Assembly (NCBI GenBank): GCA_030704615.1
Contig: CM060731.1
Location: 15,624,001-15,688,000 of the forward strand
Source: Takakia lepidozioides
Lineage: Eukaryota > Plantae > Bryophyta
Length of the DNA: 64,000 nucleotides
Reading direction: 5' to 3'
Shown: positions 27,334 to 41,794 of the stretch, piece by piece
How positions within the stretch are numbered: position 1 is the stretch's first letter
Layout: the number at the start of each line of letters is the position of its first letter
Made by a program: the position numbers and the translations under genes
The notes under the pieces: generated by a model
What the model was told of the DNA's origin: nothing
Seen by the model: the letters and a program-made list of their open reading frames with translations, nothing else
Database searches by the model: none

Positions 27334-30249
27334 CTCATTGGGTGATGACACTATGCAAAGAAGGTTGGGGAGCTTTCCGAACTGCAAAAGCTTCTATTTT
27401 CGAGAAACCAAAACCAGTTTGGGTTAATTTGTGTTGATGTTCAGGGGTCACTGGCATTTTGGAAGGGAACACAACGGAACTTATTCAATGCAGACGCCAA
27501 ATCCATTCCCCCAATTCTTCGTCCCTTAGGCCTCCCATGGACATGATTAACTTCCATCCATTTTCTTTCTCTAGAGCTCACTCTATCTACTGCACAATTC
27601 TCAATACAGAAGCTTTCATTTTTTGTGCTTCCACTTTTTGTGCTTCCCTCATTCATTGAAGACTCTTCGTGAGGCCCCTGCCTCTGATGTGCCTAGATTC
27701 CACAGAATTATACCTTTCCTTGATGTTTGATCTTGTATGATACCTTGCTTGGTGAAGGATGAAGGTTTACAGAATGAGTGTCAGACATTCACAAGGGAAC
27801 AGAATGTTTGTGACTTGTTGGTCTGCAAACATACCACCTCTAACAGATATTTTAAACATAAAATGTAGTATATGTTGACTGCTCCTCAGAGTCATTCACT
27901 ATTTCCTTGGGAATCTACCATCTATTGCTTGTGATACTAGTCATGTATGGACAAGTAGAAATAAGGCCCCTTATTAACCAGCTTCAACTTGACCAATTTC
28001 TGCTCAAATTGCCTTGGGCAACTTCACATTCAATGAAGACCTGTAGACCAGAAGCCTGGGAGTCATAAAAAGAAGAATTCAGACATAACTAGCACATATC
28101 TCTTAACATCTAGTCTCCAAGAGGAAAGCCCATGTTTGATGCATCTCAGCCTGTCTAATCTAGTAGAAACTAGTCTGTCAACACACATGAAAGTCAAATC
28201 AACTCGAGTGCACCAAATCCAAGATGTGACATCATTAATGCACACATACAGTGTATTGCACAGCAAGAACCCCTTCACTGGTTTGAATGTAGCCATCAGA
28301 ATAGGGACCACTCAAACAGGAGCCAAGCTTGGATTTCAAGCCTAAACACATGTAGAATAGTGGTATCTGCGCAATAATTTTTCCTTGTGATATTCAGACC
28401 TCAGTTCCTTCTAAAGATGAACCATGGAGCATGCATCAGAGTCATGGAAGTTGCAATATATAGAGCCTTCTCCTATGGAATGGACACCGTTCTCTGTGAT
28501 CATTGAATGCCCTCGAAACCGAACTGTCACTATTGTCCTAGCCAAGCGCAAACTAAATTGAAGACAGATTGAAGGATAACATCTTGTGATGTGATTGCTC
28601 AATTCGTCAAAGATGACAATACAAATATAAAATCCCTGCACGAGATGGATTCAAGGCATGCATCAGAGTCATGGAAGTTGGAACACATAGAACCTTCTCT
28701 TGTGAGATGGGTACGGTTATCAGAAATGTGAGTCATCACTGCATGCCTGAACTCCTAAGGTTCTTCCAAGGTTAGGATTGAGTTGTGGGGGCCGCGCGGA
28801 CGCGAGCCCCCTCTGCCACATATTACGACGTGCATACCCTCCGTAGAGAGACACTAGCATCACCCCCACCGATGTGCAATGAAGCGAGCTTTGCTAGATC
28901 AACGACCTTGCTGATCACCGATAGACCCCGCCCAGGTAAGTATACCAGTAATTGCACCGAGCGGCTTTATATGTGCGGCTACATACCCACTTCGTGCCAA
29001 ACGATATGGGATAATTTGGTAGAAAAATAATACCCAAGTTGGACCCTTGGGCTTGGTATAATTGGGGTACTTCCTTCGAAGAGGTTATAAAGTACCATTT
29101 CATTTCCATTACCGCGAGAGGCGTTCCACTCCCTTGATCAAACGAAACGTCATTTCGGGCTGCTTGTGCAGGGTCCCACTGCCTTTGTTGTTGGCTTCCT
29201 TTGTAGCTCTTTGATCTGAGATCTCTCATCTTTTTTTCCCTCTTTCATGTTCTACTTTCCTCTGTCCCCAAGCTGTTTGAGCTACCAATGCAGGTCAACA
29301 AATGCTTTCTTTGTCGTTCTATCTTCTGCTCTCACAGAAATGGTTAGCCACAATGTAGGCGTGTAGTCGTTTCTGCATTTGGGCTGTGTAGCCATTCAGA
29401 ACTAATCTATTGTAAGTACAATAAGTGGAAGCCTTATGACTTCGAAATCACTTGGGCTGAGTTTATGGAGCCTCACTAACCAAAATGAAGAGACAGACCA
29501 TTAGAAGCCTTCAGAAGGCGCATACAGCGACTTCCACAATTTAACACTACTGATGGAGAACTGCCCCTGCAAGGGCAAAGTTTGTTAGACAAACGATGAA
29601 CCATGACAAAATTTTACACATTAAGATCCAAGTGGTAAGGATCTATGATAACTAGGTCAAGGAGGTGTCAGATTTAAGACTCAACATTCTTTTGATCTGT
29701 CAACTGCAAAACTATCTGAACCACCAACATGTATAACTGCAGAACAGAGCTTATGATAGAATGTACTCAAAAGACGTTGTTTGCCATAGCCTTGTGGCCG
29801 TTGAACAGAGCTTCTGATAGAATAAGAAACACAATTCATTCTCTCAGTTTCAAAAAGACGTGATCAGAAAGTATGGTTGAGCCTAACATCTTGATGCTTT
29901 GAAGGAATTAAGTGATGTTTGTAAAAACAGAAGACTTCCACATACCATGGCATCTCTCAGCAACCGCCACAAGTGGTACGAGTATTAGCTGTATGGGAAA
30001 TTAGGGATCAGTTGAGACATATCAGGCAGTGCAGGTACAAGTGCAGGTGATTGTTCTAGGCAGAGAAGTAATGGAATCTTTTGGGGTGAGGGTATAGTTG
30101 AATCCATTGGTGTGGCCCTGCTTCAAGGTGGTGTTTGACATGCATCTCAGTAGTCTGCGACGGCGCTCACACCATGTGACACATATGATCTACTCATTCA
30201 TGTCTCATTCATGTGCGGAAATGGTGAGAACAAAGCTAGAGATACATGG

Positions 30250-30840
30250 GTAGATAATAACCTCTTCAGTGGCTTCATCTACACGCCCTTCCAAGAGCGC
30301 GCTACCTTCATTTGTCATGGAAACACCGCTCGGCATGCTCCAGTATATGGGGACCATCACCTGGCCACCATTTGTGGCATCATAGCCTCTGACGAAAAGA
30401 GTAATGAAATTGCCTACAGTAGAATAGGAGGCAAATTGTTGGAGCTGGACCCAAGTGGCGCCGTGCTTTCTTTTGACAAGATGATGAAATGAAATGCAAT
30501 GAAATGGTACTTTATAACCTCCGCGGAAAGCTCAAAGAGCTTGAGAAAGAAAATCACCATGCCCGCAAACCGCATGTACGATGGGGCAAATGGAAACTTG
30601 TTTGATATTTACGCGGCTGTTGCACAGCGATGGGGGGTCTTACACAGACATTATGAGCATCTCGTATCTTACCGGAACGTTGAGCAATTGACTGGTCTGT
30701 CGGGAGAGGCCCAAAAAGCTCGGGACTTCGTTTGTAGGCTGCCAGCCCGCATTCGCAAGCTGGCCGAACTTTTATTAACAAAAATCTCGGGGTCAAGCTT
30801 GGATGCAACCTTTTTCGTCGGGGAGGTCACGCTCATGTAG
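30250..30840 (+). pseudogene. SAD: Stearoyl-ACP desaturase C-terminal fragment, disrupted
   Basis: GFIYTPFQERATFICHGNTARHA..GD..LATICGIIASDEK..EIAY..KLLELDP, KKITMPA..MYDG...NLF, LTGLSGEAQKARDFVCRLPARIRKLAE match plant acyl-ACP desaturases. DEKRH ligand motif is degraded; internal insertion carries a stop. Confidence 0.88.
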
Positions 30841-31694
30841 GCACGTTTCGGGCACACATCTGCGCCTTCGGGACGATTCTTGCTAATAACTGTATTTAAA
30901 CTCTCTGATCTCGACAGTCTGTTGTCCTCGTGGAAAACAAAATTGCATGAATCCGTGCATTTGGTTCCTTGCTTACAATACATTAGGTTATAGTAAGGGG
31001 GTCGATGAGTGTCTTAAAGCTGTGCTTTTAGATCCACACAAATGAACATTCGTACTTTGCACCCATTTGTCGTACTTCTTTACACAGAGCGCCGAGAGAT
31101 CTGTAGCATCAAAAATGTACATGGACCTTCTGCAGACCTAATTTCAAGTTTCAATCTCCTTCAAATAACTCCTAGACATTTTCCTAGCCAGTAAGCTCCA
31201 AGGATTTTATCATTTCAAACATCGCTCTCGAATTCTGTGATTTTGGGAGACGCCCTTTAGTGGTGATCATTTGTGGAGATCAGTAACAGTGAAGGGACAT
31301 ACAGTACATCTCATTTACCTGTAGTCAGTTTTTTTTCCTAGTTTTGCATCACCACTCCATTCTGAAGGAACGTCTTGCATCCTAACTTCTATCCTCAGCG
31401 GACCATGCCAGGCACCTAGAAACCTTCAGTACTGCAAAGGGAGGGGTGCAGCACCATTGAAGCTAAGTATGAAACTAGGGATGGCCTGGCTACGTCCACA
31501 AGAGCTGACCAACCATGCTCGAACCTGTCATGCTATGGCCGCCGCTGTCATGAGCCTCACGTCGCGTGGAAGAGGAAGATAATAGAAATGATGTTAAGAA
31601 CTTAATGCACACGTTCAACCTCTGACAGGATAGTACGCCGGTTTTGGGCATGTCAAATCTTCCCCACCCTCTCTTGAGAGTGACATGGAACTGA

Positions 31695-31995
31695 AGGAGT
31701 GTAAACTCCAGTCGGGGTTACGCTGGGTTACACAATGGGGAGGGAAACTCCACTTGGGGTTACACTGGGCTACAGGATGGGGAGTGTAACTCCCCTTGGG
31801 GTTACACAGAATGGAGTGTAATAACACTCGGGGTTACACTGGGTTACACGACGGTGTGTGTACTCCACTGGGGGGTTACACAGAATGGAGTATAACTCCA
31901 CTCGTGTAACTCACACTTGGTCTCGAAATTTGATTAAGTATAAAATGGACTAAGAAGAGTTACATGAGAGACCAGGGTTACAGAGGGTTACACCA
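31695..31995. repeat. Degenerate array of ggggttacac / gtaactcc motifs
   Basis: About ten gggttacac-like units interleaved with complementary gtgtaactcc words. Confidence 0.7.
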
Positions 31996-32922
31996 ATTGG
32001 GATACCGGTACCCAAATTACACTACAATAGCCTCTCATCACAAATCGAGCCCAAAAACCTCGCCGCCTGCATTGCAATCACCTTACTAACACACTACCCA
32101 CCACAACGTGAAATCCTCTAGGATTCTTGAGTATTTAATAGTGAAACCAAGGTAAGAGAGGGTGGGGAGGATTTGATAGGGTCCCCCGCCAAAGCAGCCT
32201 AGGCTGTCAAAATCCGACAGTCAGATGGCACGAATGCATTAAGTTCTTACCTCATTCCTATTATCGTCTTGTAGAAGACGCCGCATAGGGATTAGAACAC
32301 TAGCATCTCCAATCAACACTTGAACCTTGGCACAAGCGTGTGAAACTTGTATTCAGCAGTTTGCACTTGATATAGCATCTTCAAAAATAATTAAAATTGC
32401 CCCAAACGCCCAAGCGTCTAGCACCTTAGCTGAACGAGGGTGGCTAGTTGCATGCAGCTCCACCCGGCTATTACATATGGGGTCCACATGCTGCACTCCA
32501 TGCGCCGATACTTGGCTAGTATGGCTGGCAAAGGTTCTAGATGGAGTGAAGGCTCTAGAATGGAAGGAGGCGAGTGAAATGGAGGTATGATCAGGGAGTG
32601 CCTCGTTTGTTGAGTTCACCGTACTTGAGCGATTCTAACTTTGCAGTGAGGACTAGAGGAAAAAATAAGGTATAAGAGGACGTGAGGTCGACAACAATGA
32701 CCATCAGAAGGAGGGAGGTGGCGGTGCTTGAGGGAGGCTAAAGGTTGAATATACAATTTATCTTTATGTCCCTGGGTGACAGTGGTTGGGCATCACCAGG
32801 AGGGTAGAGGGTGTGAAACTTTGTGTTATACCTACAAAGGATTTTATTGGGAGTGGCGAATTATATGTCAGCATATATTTTTATTATGTAATTGCAGGAT
32901 GTGTATGTGACTATGATTTTTT

Positions 32923-33080
32923 TGTAGCAAATTGTACACATTGAGATCCTAGATCCTTTATAACAACAATTACATACTTTATTGATCATATAGAAAGTCT
33001 CTCATATATATATGTCTCTGTGTGTTCTTTTGTGAGAGACACAACTCTATTTTATAGATACAACTGAGTAGGTAGTCCAG
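32923..33080. repeat. ~160-bp dispersed direct repeat (second copy ~35306-35491)
   Basis: tgtagcaaattgtacacattg..cctagatcctttataacaacaattacata...cacaactgagtaggtagtccagt appears twice. Confidence 0.8.
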
Positions 33081-33674
33081 TGGTTACACAACCGATTTAT
33101 GTGATTTGTCAGATCGCACACTAAGAGTTGTGTCTATTAGAATGTTGAAGCTGCAACTTTGTAACGGCAACTTTCCAACACTTCCCCCTGCAGCGAAACA
33201 TTTAAGAATTTTGAAGTCTGTCTTGTAAATTTGAATCTACTTGAAATTCTTCTAATTTCATGGTCCGAGTCTCAAGGAAGTCGATATCGCAAGGTCCTTC
33301 TTGTGGTATATATTTCTTGTACCTTCACGAGGTCCAAACTTCATATCTTTATTCCTTGGCTCCTTCAAAACATTCTTAATTTCAATTCGTAGTCTTTAAT
33401 GTAACGCATGACTCGTTTCTTCCCCTTTTGGTTTCCAACAGTCTCGAGCAAAGTGTCATTTTTCCCCACAATTATGACATGTAACATCCTTCTTTTTCTT
33501 GAATTTTGTACGTATATTTAATAAGGTATTTTAACTTTGTACACGTCTACTGCTGCTTGGTTGATTGGCGGGTGAAGACTTCGGTGTAACCTCTTAGTAC
33601 TACTCACTTCTGTCTATTTCTCTGGCGGTGAGGCATCTTTACACCTCTTCTGGCGTGTCTCCGCCTCAGAATAC

Positions 33675-34292
33675 CAGTGTTGGACTGCTATATCGATAAG
33701 AAATTGGTATCAATACTAGTATGTATACTGGTATGAAATACCAAACCAGTCTGGTATTGCCTCATGCCACTACCTAGCATATACCCGTATTGGCCTGGTA
33801 TGTGCTCTGTGGACGATACCCTACCAATCTGGTAGGTGGTTGAAAATTTGGTACTTGATACCAGTACCAGGTCCATTTTTGTCAGGAAAACCTAGGTATC
33901 AATATCGACGACGCAATATGCAAGTCTATGCACGATATGGATGCAGCTTTCAATAAGCAAAATAAAAATTAGGCCGGAAGATGAAATATGTGAAGCTGGA
34001 TACTTTGAGGAATAATATGAATGAGAAGCATGCTTGTACTCATTTATATGAGAAGTGGGAGTTTTTTTTTTATACCATACCAGTATTGATATTACCCTGG
34101 TATCGATTTCTAAAAACTCTTGCTATTGATACCCGTAAAACACCACATTAATCATGTATTATTGATACCACCATGGTATCAAAATCTTAGACTTTTGCCA
34201 ATACAAGTACCTCCCTGGTATTACAATTGGCCGGAGGCCTATATACCAGTTACAGTCTGGTGTGTTCAAAATACGATACCAGTCCAACACTC
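33675..34292. mobile_element. hAT-family MITE, older copy (same family as 37541-38189)
   Basis: cagtgttggactg...ccagtccaacact ends; many tggtat/atacca subterminal words; no intact TSD. Confidence 0.7.
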
Positions 34293-37200
34293 ACCACCCT
34301 ATTTCAAGTGAGGTTTGCAACATTCTATAGTGTTCGGTCATTTTTTAGATTACATAGTCTAGATGTGAAAATCTTAGAAAATAAAAGGATCCGTATATAT
34401 TTTGGGCATGTGGAGAAACCTTGTATCAAATCAAACACTCATCATTTTGGTTATAAGCTTGACTTGGAAGGAGCGGAAAAAAAATATATATATATTGTTC
34501 TTTTCAATGCGACCTGGTGTCACATCCCAAAAGGCCGAATTATTGGCTGGCCCAGCCTTATCGTCATCGTTATCAAAGCATTGCGCGCCGGATCTACCAG
34601 GATTCAGTTCAAAAAATGTACCGTCCCTCTATAACTCTCTGGTAGAGTAGTTAATAAAACTATAGCTGCATCTTCTTCTTGTAAGACAATCTATAGCTGC
34701 TAACTTAGCTCTAAACCTACGAAAGTTATTGACATGTTGCCCCATGCTACTCTACTGAATTTTTTTCTTCCGTTCTTAATGTATAAAATTATGTATACTT
34801 TGGACATTAAATCCTTTGACTGACATTGGTAAGTTGTTCCCATGCTTCTTGAGCTGTTATCACTCCCTCAAGATGATGTAAGTGGTTATTATCCGCATTC
34901 ATCATTATACTATTTCTTGCTTTTCTATCTCCCACATTCATGTATGCATTTATTTATATATGATGGTGGTGCATTCAAAGGTATGCTTCCATCCACTATG
35001 CCCCATAACTCCCTTTCTTCTAAAATATGTTTGCATCTAATGCTCCACTCTTCATAGTTAAAACCATTGAATCTATCATTTTCCCTCAAGTCAGGAGTAT
35101 AGTGTGACTATATGTATTGGCTTGGACATTTAAACCACCACTAGTAGCACCAGAAGCACTACATGTACCATCAGGGCCACTAAGGCCACTACTACTTGTG
35201 CTAGCTATTGACATTATGTCGACTCTTTATCTAAATTTCTATTTATTCTTAGTCGACTCTCATGTGTCTCAATGTGACAACCTTGTCATCGTAGCTTTGA
35301 TACCATGTAGCAAATTGTACACATTGCAAACCTAGATCCTTTATAACAACAATTACATATTTTATTAATCATATAGAAAGTCTCTCATATTTTATATATA
35401 TATATATATCCATCTCTCTCTGTCTCTGTGTGTTCTTTTGTGAGATACACAACTCTCTTTTATAGTTACACAACTGAGTAGGTAGTCCAGTAATGCCGAA
35501 ATTGCCCCGAGAAGTACAATACCTTCATTTTCTTTCTCTTTCTCTTTCTCACTTCTTCTTTTCCTGTCTCTTTACTATGAGATCCGTGGGAGACTCAACT
35601 GTCCTCACATAAGTGTTCCAGTATGAGGATCAGAAATTTCAATGAGAGCATTCAATGTTGTCTACTCTCAAGCCTCTGTTCTGGGTTATTGCAGCTTACA
35701 ATGTCCATTTTTTGCTGTCACAACATTATTTTTTCCAAACATAGAATAGTGGTAAATTGTTATATTCATACATGACAATGCTATCAATAAAAATATAGAG
35801 GCTCATCTACATATACTTTCAAACTTTTAAATCTCATTATCAAAAAACAGAATCTCTAGATGCTATGGACTTTTTAAAAGTCCATAAGGAACTGTCACAG
35901 TCCATAAAAAAAGACATTGTGGACTTTTTTAATATAGGACTTAAAACAAAGTCAAGAAAAGGGAACTCTCAAACTTGCTTTGAAGAGTGAGGAATCTGGA
36001 ATGAAAACTATCATTCAAAAAATATGAAGTTAAGAAAATATTATGTACTATTTTGAGCCTAAAAATAGCTATTTTCATAAAGTCTTTTATGAATAAATAT
36101 TTTTGAAATAACAAATTCTTTTTCATTAGACACATTCATTCACCATAAATGCACTGTTGAGTAAGATCGAATTTAAAAAAAAAATTGTGAATTGAAACTA
36201 TTGTAATTTGAAAATCTTGGTTTTAACCGTCATGGACGGTCAAGATTGTTAGTTGAAGTAAATCCGATGGTTGAGGATTCGCCACATCCTCATTTATGTA
36301 CTCTTTATTACTCATGATCTGCCACTTTTGGCCACTCTAGCTTGCAATCACCCCTACACAACAAAAATCGATAACAACCCAGCTCAAGAAAATCCGTCAG
36401 AAGAGATCTCAGAACTGCAACATCCGAGCGAGCATGTGTGAGATTTGGTGCGAAGAATTGGAAAATTTGGGTGAGCCTATGTTTTAATGTAGAGCAAGAA
36501 TAGGGTGCCATAGTGCCACGTCATCCTTATCAATTTTTGGCGGACAGAAGTGGAAAAACAAAATCTCTTTGTGTAGCCTATGGGTCAGTACTTCACCTTG
36601 AAAGGCTACTGCTTCATTCCGACGATGCTTGAATCAAGCAAAAGCTTCCTAAACAACATTCATAATTTAAAATTGCTTGATGACTGCAAACCAAACCAAA
36701 CACAATTTATCTTTTCATTTAAATTGAATATACCACATCAACAAAGTAACAATCCATCGCATGCTGTATTTTTTTTAACGTTGTTGTCCAAAGTTGTCAC
36801 TAGTAGTGCGGAGCAACGCGTAGCCCTAGTCACTTAGGACAAACTTTTAGTATGTATTGGCAATCAAGTTGTAGCCAAGTGGTAATGGGCACATATCACC
36901 TCAAAAAGTGGGAAGGAGTCCTACATGCTGCCCAAGTCGAGAGTGGCGAGTAGTCAAGGCTTGTCCACAAGTGACCGAGGATGAAAGGAGGAATGTTTTG
37001 AAGAATGCAAGGCCAGGAATGTGAGGATCAGCGACCACCCACAGCCGCAGAGACCAAAGGGGGAGGCAAGAATGATCCATTGAATTGTATAGATGCTAGT
37101 GAGCAAAGGCTTGAATGTTCCTAGTGCGCCCATCAAGAAGGGCAAATGCAAGAATGACTGGACCAAAAACGGCAGATGTTGCATTCTATGGAACTCCATG

Positions 37201-37540
37201 ACCAAATCTAAAGTTGATGATATTTCCCCAAATAATTCAAATGATGATAGACAATGGTATATTCAACATTTGTAATAAAGGGTCTTACCCCAAATATCAA
37301 AGATAATTTTTACTATAAATTTTAGTCTTTAATTTGAATAAGATTTGATATATCAAAAATTAAAATTTACATCGATTTGTCTATATACAACCAAGCCATT
37401 GTAGATTATATTTTTGTATTTTTTATAGTAAAATATGTCACCTCAAAATCAAAATCAGGGTACACCATGGACTTGGCAGAATAAATCATTTTTTTGGGAC
37501 ATATATTAGTCCATAGGAGCCAAATGGAGAGGGATTTTAC

Positions 37541-38189
37541 CAGTGTTGGACTGGTATGTCCATTTTTTAATACGAGACTTGTCCTGGTATGAAGGGTCCC
37601 ACCCTTTTTTCATACCACGCTGGTATAGGTATCTATACATATATGAGCAACTTGGGTATGAATATGGTATGTGTAGTTGTGCTTTGGGCTGTATATGAGT
37701 ATGGTACTGGTATTGCCCTTTCTCTGTAGTGATACTGGGGGGTATGAGCACTGGTATGGTATTTCTACAGCTCACCATACATAGAAATAAATGTCATTTA
37801 GCACATAGCTAATTTTAATCCAAGTCGTGAAACACTAGGCAAAGGTAACCCAAAGTAGCACGAAACAACAAATGAAGTCTAAATTGCAACATGGAGCCTT
37901 GAATTAACCAAATTGTAGTACAGGGTATAACTAGCTGCACTAATATATACTCATACCTACCTCCATTCACCATGAACTCACCGCAATACTGGTATCGGGA
38001 CCATGCTATTCCTCCATATACCCAGACTGGTATGGTATGTGTGCGGGGAATCCTAAAGCCATACTCCCCCAGTACGTATATCACATGGGTACACTGGTTC
38101 TTTCATACTCGACTGGTATGTTCTTCAATATATATATTCATACATGTATTCCTTACCTAGGTTAAACCAGGTATACCAGTCCAACACTG
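37541..38189. mobile_element. hAT-family MITE with perfect 8-bp TSD
   Basis: gattttac|CAGTGTTGGACTGGTAT ... ATACCAGTCCAACACTG|gattttac: 17-bp perfect TIR and 8-bp TSD (37533-37540, 38190-38197). Confidence 0.92.
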
Positions 38190-38536
38190 GATTTTACCAC
38201 TTCAAATCCATATATATGATGTGGACCAAAATGACCACCTTATATCCAAATTTCAATGGAATTGACCAATGGCACATAGGACTTGTTGAGTCCATTGTAA
38301 TTCCATTCAATGCGGAAACAAGTCCACTGTATCGTCTTCAAAAGTCCATAACTTTGTCATTTCTTATCGGATTCATGATTGGAGAGTTGCTATGGGTGCG
38401 TGTTGAAGCTAGGAATCCAATGACATAGATATTTGCTGGTTTTAATTAGTTAACTAAGAAAAACTGATGACACCATCAATTGCAGTCATCTAAAACTGTG
38501 CCGGTAACGTCCATTTTGATCTAGTCATTCCTGCAT

Positions 38537-39010
38537 TCACCCAGAGAACAAGACAACTAGTTGCTTGGAATCAAAATTGAAGTTCCCAAAGACTGGCTGG
38601 AGGATTGTTTCAACGTAACTGTAGGGCAAGTGCTGAGATAGGAATGGTCGAAGTTGATTCCAAACAGCCACATAGAGGTCCATGCAAGGGAGACAGAGGG
38701 AACTCTTCTCCCATTGCCCTAAGCAATCTAGCGTAGAGAAAGGCTTCAAAGAGAGGAGCTCGTTGGTGTTGCCTTCAGAAAGTAGGCGAGACAAGTAAGC
38801 CCACACCAGCGACTCAAGTAAGCCCACACTAGCGACTGTTGGGGTGCATAAGCAACCTTGGGATCCATTTAGTAAGGAGTGCCAAAATTTGAGTCTCAGG
38901 GTCCAAGAGACCAAGCCCATCTTGGCGAGTTAGCTGTTTACAGGAGATGAGCACCATTTTCATGGGGGAAGAAGGAGTGGCTCCCCAAAGAAAGATGTTA
39001 GTAAGACTAG
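38537..39010 (-). mobile_element. L1-type LINE ORF2 relic (post-RT region)
   Basis: NIFLWG...KMVLISCKQL..QDGLGLLDPETQILALLTKWIPRLL fits the plant L1 FLW..W..GGLG..ALL.KW motif. Confidence 0.7.
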
Positions 39011-39039
39011 GGTAGCCTGTGTCGTTGGTCCATGTGTCC

Positions 39040-41030
39040 ACTGTCATCTAAGTCCAAGTGCAATCCCCTATGTATCCACGTGCATCTCTTATGTCGGGCG
39101 TAAGCACAAAGACATATTCCAAATATTCTAAAAGATTCTGGAGGATATGCGTTTGCGAAACCAAATTGCGCTCACACGATAAGAAATACGAAATTATCTG
39201 AAAATCGTGCTCACAAAAAAAAAAAAAAAAAAAAAATCGTCCAAAGCTTAATTTGCGTGAGCACAAAGACCCACAAATATATCTGCTAGAACTCAAAGAG
39301 CAGCGCACGTAAACAATGTGCATTTGTTAACATTGTGTGTAGAACATCCCCAAGAACCACCCAAAAAATGGGTTTCGCCAACGAAACGCAAACGTTTTTT
39401 TGCTGCCGAAACTTGGTTTCGTGGGCGAAATTGGGGTTTAGTTTTAATTTTAGTTATTTTTAAGGTTCCTCCCTTTTAAGCTCCTTCTGTATGTTTAAGA
39501 TTATATTTAGACACCATGGAGACGCTATAAACGCAGAAAGACCCTATGTCCGTCTACTATATATATTTCCGCTGACATACATATCACCCCTATAACCGCG
39601 GATCCTCCTCATGCGGCGATTTTTTTGTGCTCACGCCATACCAATCCCCCTATGTCGAGACCCATATGTAAAGAATTGAATCAAAGACCAAATGCAATTT
39701 CCTATGACATATCCAAGTGCGTCTCCTACGTCAACCCTTAAGGCCCATCTAAGCCCAAGCGCAATCTCCTATGTATCCATGTGCGGCTCCCATATTGTAG
39801 AGGCCCAAGTGCGACCTCCAGTGTCCAATGTCACCTAAGAGCATCTCCACCGGGGTACACCAAACTACACTGCAACAGTAAAGGACTGCGGCCTCGAACA
39901 CTCCCCTCCCCCACAGGCAACCCCATCAAACTACCTGCACATGTCATTTTTGCTTTTGCACGTGAGGGACCACTTGGACAGACGCCGCCTTACCCTCACG
40001 CCATAAATGCACGCAGCCGTGCTTTTTAGTCTCTCCAGCAGATACCGACCGGGCCTAGAGGGCATGTATCCTGCACCAAAGTACGGGCCCTGGGGGTGCG
40101 GATACCAGGGCCGGGGGCTCATTTACCGTTGCCGTGGCATTTAGGGTCCCCCGGTGGAGATGCTCTAAGTCCAAGTGCAATCCCAAAGCCCACTTTGCTT
40201 TTTGCAATCCCCTTGTCGATGCTTCCTATATTGATATATCCATTTTGCTATTTTTTGCAAATTTCCAGTGACCAAAAGCACTTGAAATTCCAACTCTCCC
40301 ACGTGAAGGGCCAATCACTGCTCCAGGAAAGCCCACTTTGCTATTTCGCGTATTTCTAGCCACCAAAAGTACTCAAAATTCCATATCTCCCACACCGCAG
40401 GTCCAAAAATTATGAGTCCAATCCGCCCCTCCTCATCAAGGGCTTTCGAACGACACTAAGCACCAGGGCTGGGGCCGTGGTTTGGGAGATCTCAGTGACG
40501 CTACAAAACAAAACAAACAAACTAGCTTGCTTCATATATTGACTGGGGTAGCTTGTGCCGTTGGCCCAAGTGCAATCTCCTATGTATCCAAGTACGTCTC
40601 CCACGTCCAGGCCCAAGTGTGACCTCTAGGGTAGCCTTTGCCATTGGCCCATATGCGAAAAAATTGAAATCTAAGACCAAGTTTAATTTCCTATGTCGAG
40701 GCCCATCCAAGCCCAAGTGCAATCTTCTATGTATCCAAGTGCATCTCTTATGTAGAGGCCCAAGTGTCCTCTGTCATCTAAGCCCTAGTGCGATATCCTA
40801 TGTATCCAAGGGCGTCTCCCATGTGCGTCTCCTATGTCAAGGCCCATCTAAGCCCAATGTGCAATCTCCTATGTATCCAAGTACGTCTCCCATGTCAAGG
40901 CCCCATTTTTTTTTTTCATGAACTTATTGAGTAGTAATATCCACTCATTATTGATATGTCTCCCGTCTCTAGGGTAGCTTGTGCCATTGGCCCAAGTATC
41001 CACTATCATCTAAGTCCAAATGCATTTTTT
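39040..41030. repeat. Degenerate repeat field (ggcccaagtgcaatctcctatgtatccaag units) with an embedded GGCGT(A/G)AGCACAAA-ended MITE at ~39097-39637
   Basis: Unit recurs more than ten times; inverted ends ggcgtaagcacaaa / tttgtgctcacgcc. Confidence 0.6.
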
Positions 41031-41794
41031 TTCCACATAGTCTACGACCAGATTTGAACCGGAGATCTTTCCCTTAACCCTTAAACGCCTAGTACTTATT
41101 TTTGACTTTTTCCAAAAACTTGACCCCTGGTGCTAAAAACAGGTGTAATTTTCGAAAAATTTGAAATTTGAAAATTTTGACCGCACACCAGAAGCGTACC
41201 TACCTGCTGCAGGTACATGCCAATTTTGAGGGAAATCAGATGAAAATCCAGAAAATGCCACCGTTGAGACTGGGGCCCTTTTTTGGGACCCACATACCAA
41301 AATTGTAAATTAGAATGAGTAATTTGCAGAAATGGGTGACGGGATGATTTCCAAATGAGTTGATTCTGCTCCCCATTCATCCTGGTGGGATCTCACATCC
41401 ATTGCAGAAAACAAAATGCAAGTTGGACAAAAAATGGGCTGCTGACATTTGTTCAAAGCAGAGTGGGTCAAAATTGAGGATCCAGTGTTCTTTGGAAAAA
41501 TGCCAGTGCTACCTGTACCCTGGAGTGTTTGCTGCAGCAAGCACTTTGCAAAGCAAGATATCCCACCATCCCACTCCTACCCTCCTCACACCAAGGAACG
41601 ATGTGTGAGTAGGGTTTGAACCCACTAAGCTGCCCCAACTGGCAGCTCACACATGAACACAAGGGGGAGGATCCCCCCCTTGTGTGCACCCCCACTTGGC
41701 AAGGGGACTAACCACTAAAGCAATCTACCACCTCTTTGCAGCCATGAACTCACATTGCCATGAATTCTAGCCATGAATTCCAACTGACATTGTC

